In this document: in pieces, positions 36,998 to 47,256 of the stretch
Layout of the letters: every line of letters starts with the position of its first letter
Numbering within the stretch: position 1 is the stretch's first letter
Assembly (NCBI GenBank): GCA_965217035.1
Contig: OZ244226.1
Span: forward strand, 2,772,146-2,836,145
Origin: Bacteriovoracaceae bacterium
Lineage (GTDB): Bacteria > Bdellovibrionota > Bacteriovoracia > Bacteriovoracales > Bacteriovoracaceae
Length of the DNA: 64,000 nucleotides
Direction: 5' to 3'
Notes under the pieces: model-generated
What the model was told of the DNA's origin: nothing
The model's database searches: none
What the model saw: only the letters and a program-made list of their open reading frames with translations
Position numbers and translations under genes: made by a program

Positions 36998-38590
36998 ATG
37001 ACCTTTAAAAACCCAAGTGATCACGGCCTTACCCATAAAGAAGACACGACCTTTAAAAATCTTAGCCAAGAAGAGCTGGTGAAACATGCGATTGAGTTCA
37101 CCGGAGCCAAGCAAACTCCTGAAGGGTCAATAGTGGTTTATACCGGAAAGCATACCGGAAGAGCTGCTAAGGATAAGTATGTTGTTGAAACAGCTCTGAC
37201 GAATGAGACTATCGATTGGGCCAATAATGTTCATAAACTCTCCCCTGAAACTTTCGCTAATATCAAAACTGATGTGATTAAGCATATCAATTCTTCAGAG
37301 AGGTTTTATTGGTCTACTGCTAATGTCGGATCAATTGAGAATCTCGCTATCAGTGCAGAGCTTTTTTCAACTCATCCGTCTCATAGTTTATTTTTTAGAT
37401 ATCTCATGAGAGAAGATAATTTTGATTCGAGTAAAGGGTTTGGTCATTATACTGTTTTTCATGCTCCGACTCTTCAAGTTGATAAAGAAAAACACGGTAC
37501 CAGATCAGAAACTGTTATCGCGATGGATATCGAGAATAACGAAGTCCTTATTGCTGGGACTCTTTATGCTGGTGAAATTAAAAAATCACTTTTTTCGGCA
37601 TTAAACTATATGTTACCTGAACGTGGAATTCTTCCGATGCATGCGGGAGCTAATATTGATGACAACAAAAATGTCTCAATATTTTTTGGACTTTCAGGAA
37701 CAGGTAAAACGACTCTTTCAACTCAAGAGGGAAGTCTCTTAATTGGTGATGATGAACATGGTTTAAGCGATGATGGAGTTTTCAATTTTGAAGGTGGTTG
37801 TTATGCAAAAACTTATAAGCTTTCTAATGAAACAGAGCCAGAGATCTTTGCCGCTTCTAATAGGTTTGGGGCTCTTTTAGAGAATGTTGTTCTCAATGAT
37901 AAAAATGAACCAGACTTTTTTGATAAATCAATTGCTGAAAATGGACGCTCTGCTTATCCGTTGAGTTTTATTGATGGAGTTGAACCAACATCGCATGGGC
38001 CAGTTGCTAAGGATATGTTTTTCCTTACAGCTGATGCTTTTGGAGTTCTTCCTCCTGTTGCTAAACTCAATCGTTCCCAGTCTATGTATTATTTCTTATC
38101 TGGATATACAGCGAAGCTTGCTGGGACAGAGGTTGGAGTGACTGAACCAACGGCCACTTTTTCAACTTGTTTCGGAGCACCATTTATGATGAGAAATGCT
38201 CAAGAGTATGCAGATCTTCTTGGTCACTATATCGATAAACATAATATCAATGTTTGGCTCGTGAATACTGGCTGGACTGGTGGTGCTTATGGAGTCGGCG
38301 AGAGATTCCCGCTTAAAGTAACTCGAAGAATTATCGAAGCGATCCAAAAGAATGAACTTAACTCTACAAGTTTTGAAACAGAAGAGTTCTTCGGACTTAG
38401 CATTCCAACTTCAATTACTGGAGTTGATGAAAAACTTCTTAATGCCAAAAATACTTGGGAAGATAAAACAGCTTATAATAAAGCGGCTGCAAAGCTTGCT
38501 GAGATGTTTCATAATAATTTTAAAAACTTCAAAAAAGCAACTTCAGATGTTGCTGCCGGAGGTCCGCTTCAACTTAGTAAGGGTGCCTAA
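36998..38590 (+). CDS. pckA: phosphoenolpyruvate carboxykinase (ATP)
   Basis: TGKHTGR, YAGEIKKS, FGLSGTGKTTLS, LIGDDEHG, FNFEGGCYAK. Confidence 0.97.
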   Translation: MTFKNPSDHGLTHKEDTTFKNLSQEELVKHAIEFTGAKQTPEGSIVVYTGKHTGRAAKDKYVVETALTNETIDWANNVHKLSPETFANIKTDVIKHINSSERFYWSTANVGSIENLAISAELFSTHPSHSLFFRYLMREDNFDSSKGFGHYTVFHAPTLQVDKEKHGTRSETVIAMDIENNEVLIAGTLYAGEIKKSLFSALNYMLPERGILPMHAGANIDDNKNVSIFFGLSGTGKTTLSTQEGSLLIGDDEHGLSDDGVFNFEGGCYAKTYKLSNETEPEIFAASNRFGALLENVVLNDKNEPDFFDKSIAENGRSAYPLSFIDGVEPTSHGPVAKDMFFLTADAFGVLPPVAKLNRSQSMYYFLSGYTAKLAGTEVGVTEPTATFSTCFGAPFMMRNAQEYADLLGHYIDKHNINVWLVNTGWTGGAYGVGERFPLKVTRRIIEAIQKNELNSTSFETEEFFGLSIPTSITGVDEKLLNAKNTWEDKTAYNKAAAKLAEMFHNNFKNFKKATSDVAAGGPLQLSKGA

Positions 38591-41196
38591 TGAGTCAACC
38601 TAAAACGATACATCTCAAAGACTACACAAAACCTTCATATAAATTACATACTACCAATCTTGTCTTCGATCTTCACGAAGACAAGGCTTTGGTTACTACA
38701 ACATGTGAATATGAATATGATTCGGGAGAAGAAATTCTTCAACTTTTTGGAGAGGAGTTAAAACTCGTTTCTTTTAAAGTCAATGGAGAGGATACTTCGG
38801 ATTATCAGCTTGTAGATGAAGGGCTTGAATATAATCCAAAAGAAAAAAAGTTCACATTAGAAATTGTGACAGAAATTTATCCTCAAAAGAATCTTGCCTT
38901 GATGGGGCTTTATAAATCAGGTGATATTTTTTGCACTCAAAATGAAGCTGAGGGCTTTCGAAGAATTACTTATTTCTATGACCGTCCGGATGTTCTTTCT
39001 AAATATACGACTAAGGTTATTGGGGACAAAACGAAATACCCATTTCTTTTATGTAATGGGAATAAAATTGATTCAGGTGATTTAGAAAACAATAGACATT
39101 GGTGTATTTGGGAAGATCCTTATTTTAAGCCATGCTATTTGTTTGCTCTTGTTGCCGGGGATTTTGATGTTGCTCGTGATTCCTATACAACCAAGTCAGG
39201 TCGCGATGTGGCCCTTGAAATTTATGTTGATAGAGGCAATCTTGGCCAAACAGATCATGCAATGGAATCTCTTAAGCAATCGATGAAATGGGATGAGGAT
39301 CGTTTTGGTCTCGAGTATGATTTGGATATTTACATGATTGTTGCTGTTGACTCATTCAATATGGGAGCAATGGAAAATAAAGGCCTTAATATTTTCAACT
39401 CTGCTTATGTGCTTGGGAATATGAAGACGGCCACTGATCAAAATCTTTACGACATTCAAGCAGTTATTGGTCATGAATATTTTCATAATTGGACTGGGAA
39501 TCGAGTAACTTGTCGTGATTGGTTTCAGTTAACCTTGAAAGAAGGTTTGACTGTCTTTAGAGATCAGGAGTTCTCAAGTGATTTGAACTCAAGAGCAGTA
39601 AAAAGAATTGATGATGTTCGGAATCTGAGAACAAGACAATTCGAAGAAGATGCTGGGCCTTTTGCTCATCCTATCAAGCCTAAAAAGTATATTGAAATTA
39701 ATAATTTCTATACGCTTACCGTTTACGAGAAAGGTGCGGAAGTTATCCGAATGATCCAAACAATCATTGGAAAAGAAAACTTTGAAAAAGGTATTACAAA
39801 GTATTTTGAGCTTTTTGATGGTCAAGCGGTGAGAACTGAAGACTTTGTTCAGGCAATGGAAATCGCTAGTGGTTATAATCTTTCAAATTTTAAAAAATGG
39901 TATGATGTCAAAGGAACTCCACATCTCGATGTTAAAACTTCTTGGGCCGATAATACTTTCATGATTGATCTTGAGCAAAGTTTTAAGAACTTTGATCAAG
40001 ATGACGTGATGAGTTTGCCTCTTAATATAAAATTGATTGGAGAGTCTGGTAAAACCTACCCAATCAAAACAGAATTAACAGGCAAGAGTGAGTGGCTTCA
40101 TAATAATTCATGTCTCTTATTTCAGGATAAAAAACTTCATTTAAAAATTTCGGATATTCCTGAAAAAGCTTATCTTTCTCTTAATCGAGGGTTTAGTGCG
40201 CCTGTCACACTTTCTAGAAATTGGAACGAGGATGAAGTGTATCAATTACTTCTTCTTGATGATGATGGCTTAAATAAATGGGATTATGGTCAAACAATTT
40301 TTAAGAAAAATATTCTTGATAACCTCGATAAGGCTGAACCTCGATTTGATATTCGTTTAGTAGAGAGCATCCAGGAACTTCTTAAGAATCCAAAGGTTGA
40401 TAATCATTTTAAAGCTTATTTTCTTACGCTCCCTGCAGAGATGGAGCTCAATGAAAGTCTTGATCAGTATCGATTTGATGATATTCACAGAGTGCGAGAG
40501 GCATTGAAAAATTTTCTTGCTGAAGGATTAAAAGATCAATTGATAAAAACCTATAAAGACTTAGCTTCGAAGACTGATGCAGCTTGGAATGCTGATTTAA
40601 TGGGAACAAGAGCACTTAAGAATAAGGTTCTTTCTTATCTTTACCATATTGGAGCAGATGAAGGGGAAGAGTTTCTCAAAACTCAATACTATGAAACTCA
40701 AACTATGACGGATAAACTAGCCTGTTTGATGATAGCCAATGAAACAAAGTCAGAATTAACAACGAAGATTAATGAGCATTTTATTGAAGAATGGAAAGAT
40801 CAAGATCTAGTCGCTCAAAAATGGTTTACGGCCCAAGCTATTTGCACTGATCTTGATGTTTTGGATACGGTGAAGAAGCTAGAAACCTCAAAATATTTTA
40901 ATAAGAAAGTACCGAATCATATTTATAGACTGTTTGGAGCTTTTATTGGAGCAAACCTGACGAATTTTCATCGTGCGGATGGAGAGGGTTATAAATATGT
41001 CGTTGATAAAATCATTGATATCGATTCTTATAACCCTCAAGTTGCTTCAAGAATGGTGAGAGGTCTCAAGAACCTCAAAAAACTTGATCCCCAGAGAAGA
41101 GAGAAGTGTGTGAAAGAGTTAAAACGGATCACAGCACAGTCCAAAATCTCCAAGGATACTTTTGAGGTTGTGAGCAAGGTTCTTCAGCACCAATAA
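38590..41196 (+). CDS. pepN: aminopeptidase N
   Basis: TQNEAEGFRRIT, GAMENKGLNIFN, HEYFHNWTGNRVTCRDWFQLTLKEG, NPQVASR. Confidence 0.97.
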   Translation: MSQPKTIHLKDYTKPSYKLHTTNLVFDLHEDKALVTTTCEYEYDSGEEILQLFGEELKLVSFKVNGEDTSDYQLVDEGLEYNPKEKKFTLEIVTEIYPQKNLALMGLYKSGDIFCTQNEAEGFRRITYFYDRPDVLSKYTTKVIGDKTKYPFLLCNGNKIDSGDLENNRHWCIWEDPYFKPCYLFALVAGDFDVARDSYTTKSGRDVALEIYVDRGNLGQTDHAMESLKQSMKWDEDRFGLEYDLDIYMIVAVDSFNMGAMENKGLNIFNSAYVLGNMKTATDQNLYDIQAVIGHEYFHNWTGNRVTCRDWFQLTLKEGLTVFRDQEFSSDLNSRAVKRIDDVRNLRTRQFEEDAGPFAHPIKPKKYIEINNFYTLTVYEKGAEVIRMIQTIIGKENFEKGITKYFELFDGQAVRTEDFVQAMEIASGYNLSNFKKWYDVKGTPHLDVKTSWADNTFMIDLEQSFKNFDQDDVMSLPLNIKLIGESGKTYPIKTELTGKSEWLHNNSCLLFQDKKLHLKISDIPEKAYLSLNRGFSAPVTLSRNWNEDEVYQLLLLDDDGLNKWDYGQTIFKKNILDNLDKAEPRFDIRLVESIQELLKNPKVDNHFKAYFLTLPAEMELNESLDQYRFDDIHRVREALKNFLAEGLKDQLIKTYKDLASKTDAAWNADLMGTRALKNKVLSYLYHIGADEGEEFLKTQYYETQTMTDKLACLMIANETKSELTTKINEHFIEEWKDQDLVAQKWFTAQAICTDLDVLDTVKKLETSKYFNKKVPNHIYRLFGAFIGANLTNFHRADGEGYKYVVDKIIDIDSYNPQVASRMVRGLKNLKKLDPQRREKCVKELKRITAQSKISKDTFEVVSKVLQHQ

Positions 41197-41335
41197 ACTG
41201 TGACATCTAAAAGGAGATCTCGATTTCCTCTCTTGTAAGAGTCGTTCTTTTGGCTCAAAGAATATATGTTTACTTCTCTTTTGAGGCAAAAGGATCTCTT
41301 TCCAAATTCATCCGTCATTTGTAGAATTTGAGAAT

Positions 41336-42733
41336 ATGGAAAATACCCTAAGCACTAAGCAAAAAGCTCTTAGATTGAATCTAGACCGTTCGATTTATGG
41401 AACGTTTGCAGAAATTGGTGCTGGGCAAGAGGTTGCTCGCTATTTTTTTAAAGCAGGTGGAGCTTCAGGAACTGTCGCTAAATCAATTTCAGCCTATGAT
41501 ATGGTTTTTAGTGATGAGATTTATGGACGTGAGACGTCGGGTCGTTATGTTTGTGAGCCTCGTCTCAAAAAGATGCTTGATCATGAATATGATCTTTTAG
41601 TTGAAAGGCTAGGTCCTACGATTGGAAAAGAGACAACCTTCTTTGCTCTTGCAAACACCGTTGCAACTTCAAGTTTTGGAAAGGCCGGAACAGATGGTCA
41701 TGGTTGGATGGGTATTCGGTTTCAACTTAATCCAGGCGAGCGTTGTAACGATATTCATTTCCATATTTCACTTTTAGATAATCAAGCTAATTTTCAGCAA
41801 GAAGCGCTTGGGATTTGTGGTGTGAATCTGGTTTTTGGAAGCTTTTTTTATAATAAACAGCCAGAAGAACTTCTTACATCATTAACAGATAATCTTGGAG
41901 AGGGAAGAATCAGTATTGATATGATTCGTTTCTCCGGACCGGCCTTTGAGCATGTTGATAACCGATTGATGAATCTCGAGCTGGTTAAACGTGGTTATTG
42001 CGATGCCATTATGTTCAACGAGAAAGGAATCGTCGTTCTCCCTCGTGAACAGCTTTATAAAAAGAATGTCATGGTTGTGAGAGGAAGTTTCAGACCACCA
42101 ACAAAAGTTAATGAAGATATTATTAAAACCGGTTTTGAGGGGTTTCAAAATAATTTAGGTAAAGGTCAAGAGATCACTCAGATTGCCGAGATTACTATCA
42201 ATAACCTTAATAATGTTGGCTTTGACAATGAGGATTTTCTTGCAAGAGTTGATCTTATTAGTTCATTAGGAAGCAAAGTTCTTGTGTCGAATTTTCCTCA
42301 GTATTATAAGCTCTCCAATTATTTTTCTAAGTTAAGAGCAAAGAATATTGCTCTTGTTTTAGGTGGAGTAAACTTTAAGCAAATTTTCGATCCTGATTAT
42401 AACGAAGCTGATGGAGGAATCTTTGTGGCACTTGGGCAATTATTCCGAGACACTCTTAAGGTGTATGTTTATCCTTATAAAGATTCAGAAGCTGGAGAAT
42501 CCGTTGATATTTTCAACCTTAAAGTTCCAGATGAGCTCTTTCATCTTTACCAACACTTGATTCATACAAAACGATTACTTCCTATAGAGAATTATAATGA
42601 AGACATTTTGCACATCTATTCTCGAAAGGTTCTCGCGATGATTCAAAAAGGTGAAAAAGGCTGGGAAGATATGGTTCCAGATACCGTTGCAGAGCTTATA
42701 AAAAAGAATAAGTTTTTCGGATGCAAATCCTAG
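41336..42733 (+). CDS. conserved protein with CinA/PncC-like N-domain and nucleotidyltransferase (NadD-like) C-domain
   Basis: FAEIGAGQEVAR..AGGASGT..AYD; VVRGSFRPPT; YSRKVLAMI..WEDMVPDTVAELIK. Confidence 0.6.
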   Translation: MENTLSTKQKALRLNLDRSIYGTFAEIGAGQEVARYFFKAGGASGTVAKSISAYDMVFSDEIYGRETSGRYVCEPRLKKMLDHEYDLLVERLGPTIGKETTFFALANTVATSSFGKAGTDGHGWMGIRFQLNPGERCNDIHFHISLLDNQANFQQEALGICGVNLVFGSFFYNKQPEELLTSLTDNLGEGRISIDMIRFSGPAFEHVDNRLMNLELVKRGYCDAIMFNEKGIVVLPREQLYKKNVMVVRGSFRPPTKVNEDIIKTGFEGFQNNLGKGQEITQIAEITINNLNNVGFDNEDFLARVDLISSLGSKVLVSNFPQYYKLSNYFSKLRAKNIALVLGGVNFKQIFDPDYNEADGGIFVALGQLFRDTLKVYVYPYKDSEAGESVDIFNLKVPDELFHLYQHLIHTKRLLPIENYNEDILHIYSRKVLAMIQKGEKGWEDMVPDTVAELIKKNKFFGCKS

Positions 42734-43500
42734 TTTCGACCAGTCTCAACCCTTATGAAAACCTCGCTCTTGAGGATCAGTTTCTAAGAGATCCTCAATA
42801 CTTTGATAAAAGAACCTTACTTATCTGGCGTTCAGAACCGGCCATTGTTATGGGACGGTTTCAAAATCCTTGGATGGAATGTGCTCTTGAGAGGGCCATA
42901 AAAGATGGTATTTATATCGTTCGGAGGCAATCAGGAGGGGGAACCGTTTTTATAGATGAAGGAAATATTAATTTCTCTTTTATCGGGATCCATAAAAAAG
43001 AAGATAATTTTGACTTTGTGACGAAGCTCCTGACTCGCTATTCAATAAAGTCTATAGTGAATGAAAGGAATGATATTATAGTTGATGGAAAGAAGATCTC
43101 AGGGAGTGCTTTTAAACGGACAAAGGACTCAGAGATGCATCATTTTTCTTTACTCGTTGAAACTGATCCTCAGAAACTTGCAGATTATCTCTATATCTCT
43201 AATGAACAATACACTTCAAAAAGTATCGCCTCAAAGCGGAGTGAGACTTTAAGCCTTTCGGAACGAGGGCTTGATATTGAAATTTTACTTGATGAACTTC
43301 AAGGAAAAAAAGTTAATGGAATTAGGGGAGAGTTTTACGACAAAATGATAAGTCCTGAATGGATTTTTGGAGAAACTCCGAAATTCGAATTTACTCATCA
43401 TGGAGAGCTAGTAAAATCTCATAAGGGTAAAATTCTTGAGCCGATTGAGCTCAATCTTTATGAAAATAAGATTTGGAATTTAGCTAATTTAAGTCTTTAG
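42721..43500 (+). CDS. lplA: lipoate-protein ligase A
   Basis: NPYENLALED, GRFQNPWME, RRQSGGGTVF, RNDI..KKISGSAF. Confidence 0.9.
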   Translation: MQILVSTSLNPYENLALEDQFLRDPQYFDKRTLLIWRSEPAIVMGRFQNPWMECALERAIKDGIYIVRRQSGGGTVFIDEGNINFSFIGIHKKEDNFDFVTKLLTRYSIKSIVNERNDIIVDGKKISGSAFKRTKDSEMHHFSLLVETDPQKLADYLYISNEQYTSKSIASKRSETLSLSERGLDIEILLDELQGKKVNGIRGEFYDKMISPEWIFGETPKFEFTHHGELVKSHKGKILEPIELNLYENKIWNLANLSL

Positions 43501-43799
43501 TGGGCCGAGCAAGTGTCACAAGAGCCAGTCGATGGATTTTGGAGTTTGTCGATAATCGAGAGGCTTTCTAATTTCCATTTTCCTTGGTATTTCTCATTCA
43601 GAAAGGTCAAGGCTTGGCTAAGTTCCTTAAAGTCGCTCTGAGAGACTTCACGATGGTCAAAGTCTGTTAGTGTCACGGAGTAGACCTCTTCAAACTTGTC
43701 TTGAAGGATTTGAGCGCCCTGCGTTATACGGGCAAAATACTTCTGAATCGGATGTAGGTAAATTTTTTCAGACCAATTCTCAGTAGTTACAGAACTCAT
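43497..43799 (-). CDS. hypothetical protein with C-terminal CxxC-xx-H
   Basis: ORF ending GSCDTCSAH; ATG 43799 preferred over TTG 43817. Confidence 0.6.
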   Translation of the reverse strand: MSSVTTENWSEKIYLHPIQKYFARITQGAQILQDKFEEVYSVTLTDFDHREVSQSDFKELSQALTFLNEKYQGKWKLESLSIIDKLQNPSTGSCDTCSAH

Positions 43800-43868
43800 A
43801 CATTTATTATTGCGCAATTCGTTTAAATTTACTATAAATTCCTAAATCAAATATTAAGAGGACGCAAT

Positions 43869-44048
43869 ATGGCAAAGAAAGGTAACCGTGTAATGATCAC
43901 TCTCGAGTGTACTGAAGCTCGAAAGATTGGGAAAACACCTTCTCGTTACACTACGACGAAGAATAAGAAAACTCATCCTGAAAGATTAGAGATCAAGAAA
44001 TACAATCCATTTCTTCGTAAGCATACAGTTCACAAAGAAATTAAATAA
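43869..44048 (+). CDS. rpmG: 50S ribosomal protein L33 (absent from ORF track)
   Basis: [66 protein letters not shown]. Confidence 0.97.
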   Translation: MAKKGNRVMITLECTEARKIGKTPSRYTTTKNKKTHPERLEIKKYNPFLRKHTVHKEIK

Positions 44049-44050
44049 AT

Positions 44051-44692
44051 TTGTTCGAAAAACATTACGAATTTTCTGAAACATATCCAATCGAGCTCCT
44101 CAAACCTGAGGAGCTTGTTGTTTTAGAACACCTTAACCAACAAAAACATCAACTCAATTTTCCTGCTATCCGAAATGATATTGGGAGTTTTTTTAATGCA
44201 TTGCTGGGGACTAAAAAAGATGCTGTCATTTTTGAATTTGGTTCTGGTTATGGGCATTCTGCTTTTTGGTATTTCCTTCACCAAAACTCTATTCAAAAAG
44301 TTTATTTGACTGAAAGGCGGACAGACCTTTACGAGGTTTATAATAATATTCCTTTTCTAGCGAACTGGAGAGAGAAAATTCATTATTATCAAGGTGATGC
44401 TTTTGATCTTCTTCAAGAGAAATCAGGTTTTGATTTTGTCCTGATTGATGGACAGAAAAATAGTTATACTGATTTTCTCAATGCTGTACTCCCTAAGATG
44501 AATCCTAATGGTTATATCGCTGTTGATAATGCTTTCTGGAAAGGGGCGGTCATTGGTGAGGCACAAACTAGTACGGTTTCTGCTGAGGCCATTAGAGAAC
44601 ATCACGCAGTGATTAGAAAGCTGACTCAGGATAGAAACCTTCGTCTCAATTATTTCCCATTTAGAGATGGTCTGTTATTACTTCAAGTTTAA
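44051..44692 (+). CDS. SAM-dependent O-methyltransferase (YrrM-like)
   Basis: IFEFGSGYGHSA, FDFVLIDGQK, IAVDNAFWKG, DGLLL. Confidence 0.85.
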   Translation: MFEKHYEFSETYPIELLKPEELVVLEHLNQQKHQLNFPAIRNDIGSFFNALLGTKKDAVIFEFGSGYGHSAFWYFLHQNSIQKVYLTERRTDLYEVYNNIPFLANWREKIHYYQGDAFDLLQEKSGFDFVLIDGQKNSYTDFLNAVLPKMNPNGYIAVDNAFWKGAVIGEAQTSTVSAEAIREHHAVIRKLTQDRNLRLNYFPFRDGLLLLQV

Positions 44693-44695
44693 TGT

Positions 44696-45283
44696 ATGGT
44701 TATTCATGAAGATAATCTCAAATATTTTTTGCCCAAAAAAGACATTCAATTTGTCATTCTAGGAACAATGGTTGCGATCAATGCAAGAGCGATTGATGGA
44801 ATGAAACCTCAAGATGAAGTTTTTTATTATAATAATAATCGGAATCATTTTTGGCGAGTTCTACAATATCTTTTAGAACCGAAGAAAGAGATTAAAAAGA
44901 AGCTTACAATTAAAGAGAAAAGAGCTTTTTTAGAAAGAAATGGAATTGGTATTTGTAATCTTGTTCAGAAAGTAGAAGTGCCCAATAAGTTTAAACTTGA
45001 TCCCTCTGATACTGTTCTTTTTGATGCTTATAAGAAGGGAAGGATAGAGTTTAAAAAGATTCCTCCAAGAGTAAAAAGCGTTTTAGAACAGGTTCCTTTA
45101 TATTTTACTTGTCGTAGGAAGAAAGGGATTGATCAATTAATAGATGGTTTTTTAGAAAGAAATTCTTTAGATCTTATGATCAAAGAGAGAATATGGTATT
45201 GGCCCACTCCTACACGCTGTAATCCACTAGCAAGGGCAAATGTTTGGAGAAAAGAGATGAAGCTTTTCGAGAAGAGATTATAA
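44696..45283 (+). CDS. uracil-DNA glycosylase superfamily protein (family 6-like)
   Basis: VILGT..FYYNNNRNHFWRVL, FLERNGIGICNL, C-terminal PTPT..R..W. Confidence 0.65.
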   Translation: MVIHEDNLKYFLPKKDIQFVILGTMVAINARAIDGMKPQDEVFYYNNNRNHFWRVLQYLLEPKKEIKKKLTIKEKRAFLERNGIGICNLVQKVEVPNKFKLDPSDTVLFDAYKKGRIEFKKIPPRVKSVLEQVPLYFTCRRKKGIDQLIDGFLERNSLDLMIKERIWYWPTPTRCNPLARANVWRKEMKLFEKRL

Positions 45284-46339
45284 TTAATAAAAAATCCGTT
45301 CAATATTGAGTTTTTTGAGACGGTGCTCTTTTAAATTATCAAATATTTTTAGAGATTTTCGATCGACGACAAAGAGCGAATTATGAAGTGAGCTTTCAAT
45401 AATAAGATTTCTCTTTTTACTGATATTTAGCGAAGCGAGATTTCTTTCCGGCTGATGAATTTTATAAGTATAAGTATCTTGGGAGCTGTTTTGAACTTCT
45501 AATGTTAGGATCGCTGGAGAAGCTTCTTGTGCTCTTCTTTTTTTATTAATACTTTTAAAATTGTTTTCAGAAATCACAAGAGAGCTTTTTACTTCAAGTA
45601 AATACTTTAAGGCAGAATCAAGTCTTTCAGTCTCAATAGGTTGTTTCTTAGAGTTATACCACTTGCCTTCAATCTTTTTGAGATCAGAATATTTATAAAC
45701 GTAATTCCCTTGTTCTTTTTTCACTTGAAGTGAAACGATTTGGTTTTCATTCAAATGCATAATAGAAGGATCAACTATATCTTCTTGAGTTAGTTTCGCA
45801 AGAGAGTTTCTTATTGGAGCTAATTGAAGAATAAGATCAGCTTTCTCATGAAATAAATAATATGAATTATTTAAAGTATTATTGACTCCAAGCCTAAAGC
45901 GATACTTAGTATCGACGATATCAGTATAAGTAATAGAATAGAGTGGGTTATTGAATGAATAAGCTTTATAGTTAATTTCATTATTTTGAATTTCAGAGAG
46001 CACTTGATAACGTTGGGTGAAATCAAGGAGTTCTCTAATAATTGAATCTTTAACAGGAAGTTTTCGTTCGACGACTCCATCTTTACTGTCGATCATGATC
46101 CATTGATCACTTTCTTGAACAAATCGATAAACTCCAACTCTGTTTTGAATTAAAATTTCTTTAGTATTTTTATCATCAAAAATAGGAGCGAGTGAGTTAG
46201 AGTTTTTTGAACTTGCGAGAGATCGAGAATGAGAAACTTTCGGATAATAAAGGTCTGTAAAATAAGCGAAAGCTATGAGTGCAAAGAACATTGCAGCGAA
46301 TAAAGTAGTTGAAAATGTCCTAGTTATGCTTTGTGTCAT
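45284..46339 (-). CDS. DUF4340-like membrane-anchored protein
   Basis: N-terminal TM, two repeated domains (W..., YSFNNP..I..LG..N..NSYY). Confidence 0.6.
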   Translation of the reverse strand: MTQSITRTFSTTLFAAMFFALIAFAYFTDLYYPKVSHSRSLASSKNSNSLAPIFDDKNTKEILIQNRVGVYRFVQESDQWIMIDSKDGVVERKLPVKDSIIRELLDFTQRYQVLSEIQNNEINYKAYSFNNPLYSITYTDIVDTKYRFRLGVNNTLNNSYYLFHEKADLILQLAPIRNSLAKLTQEDIVDPSIMHLNENQIVSLQVKKEQGNYVYKYSDLKKIEGKWYNSKKQPIETERLDSALKYLLEVKSSLVISENNFKSINKKRRAQEASPAILTLEVQNSSQDTYTYKIHQPERNLASLNISKKRNLIIESSLHNSLFVVDRKSLKIFDNLKEHRLKKLNIERIFY

Positions 46340-46403
46340 TCTTCAGCAGCCCCGCGTGCCTATCATAATACTTTATGCGTCGAAATAAAATGTTTTTATT
46401 CCT

Positions 46404-47180
46404 TTATAGGCCGCCAAGATCACCAAGGTCAAAATCAGCACCTTCGTCGATAACAACTTCATCTTCTCCTGCTTCCATAGCATCAGCTTGGGTGCTCGTT
46501 TTTGCAGAGCTGTCGTTACCCAGGGAAGAAAGGAACTTTCTTAGAAGTGATCGATCACCTGGATTATCTAATGTCCAAAAACATCTTAAACGATAATGAG
46601 GTGGGTATTCTGTGATGATTCGGCTTTTGATTCCGACATGCTTAACATAATCAACTTCAGCAATGAGGGTAAAACCGCGATCGATATTAAATTCCACGAC
46701 AACAGTTTGTCCTGGCTTGAATTGCTTATCAGTGAAGAAGAGAACATGATTCATCGTCACATCAAAAAGGAAGAGATGACCGTGAGCAAGTTGATCTTTA
46801 TCTGGAATGACTCTTTTTATTTTTGAGCGCATTGCTACACACTCTTCTTGGCTCATTTGAATGCTTGGTTGGCCTGTGTTGATGTCAACGACATTGTTTT
46901 CATCACCAGATTCTTCTGCGGAAGCGTTAGCTTCTTCTGCTACTTCTTCACTTTTTTCATTCGACTCTGGCGAATCAGTAGGTGACGTATCACCTTCATC
47001 AATAATTGGTTCTTCATTATGAGTGTGTTTGGTCTCATAAAAGACTTTGACCTGTTCATATTCTTCTGGATGATTTGCTTTGTAGTAAGCAAGAGTAACT
47101 GCAATTTCGTGTTTTAAGGACCAAATTCGAACAGGAATTTTCTTTAAATTAACGGGGTCTTTCGATCTGCCAATAATCAT
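46404..47180 (-). CDS. hypothetical protein with acidic linker and degenerate PilZ-like domain
   Basis: RSKIKR..LFDVTMNHVLFFTDKQFKPGQTVVVEF; ATG 47180 preferred (track start 47252 abuts nth). Confidence 0.55.
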   Translation of the reverse strand: MIIGRSKDPVNLKKIPVRIWSLKHEIAVTLAYYKANHPEEYEQVKVFYETKHTHNEEPIIDEGDTSPTDSPESNEKSEEVAEEANASAEESGDENNVVDINTGQPSIQMSQEECVAMRSKIKRVIPDKDQLAHGHLFLFDVTMNHVLFFTDKQFKPGQTVVVEFNIDRGFTLIAEVDYVKHVGIKSRIITEYPPHYRLRCFWTLDNPGDRSLLRKFLSSLGNDSSAKTSTQADAMEAGEDEVVIDEGADFDLGDLGGL

Positions 47181-47256
47181 AGATCTTATTATCGCTTTTT
47201 TGCGTTGCGGCTTCCAGGGATGGTAAAAATGGACCGTAGGCAAAGAGTTCATCTCT

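Noticed and set aside
41247..41292. Imperfect inverted repeat downstream of pepN
   Set aside because: Large loop, mismatches and no U-tract; not distinguishable from chance in AT-rich DNA
46346..46361. GGCACG..CTGC sigma54-like element on the minus strand
   Set aside because: GG-to-GC spacing is 11, not the obligatory 10, and it is too close to the ATG
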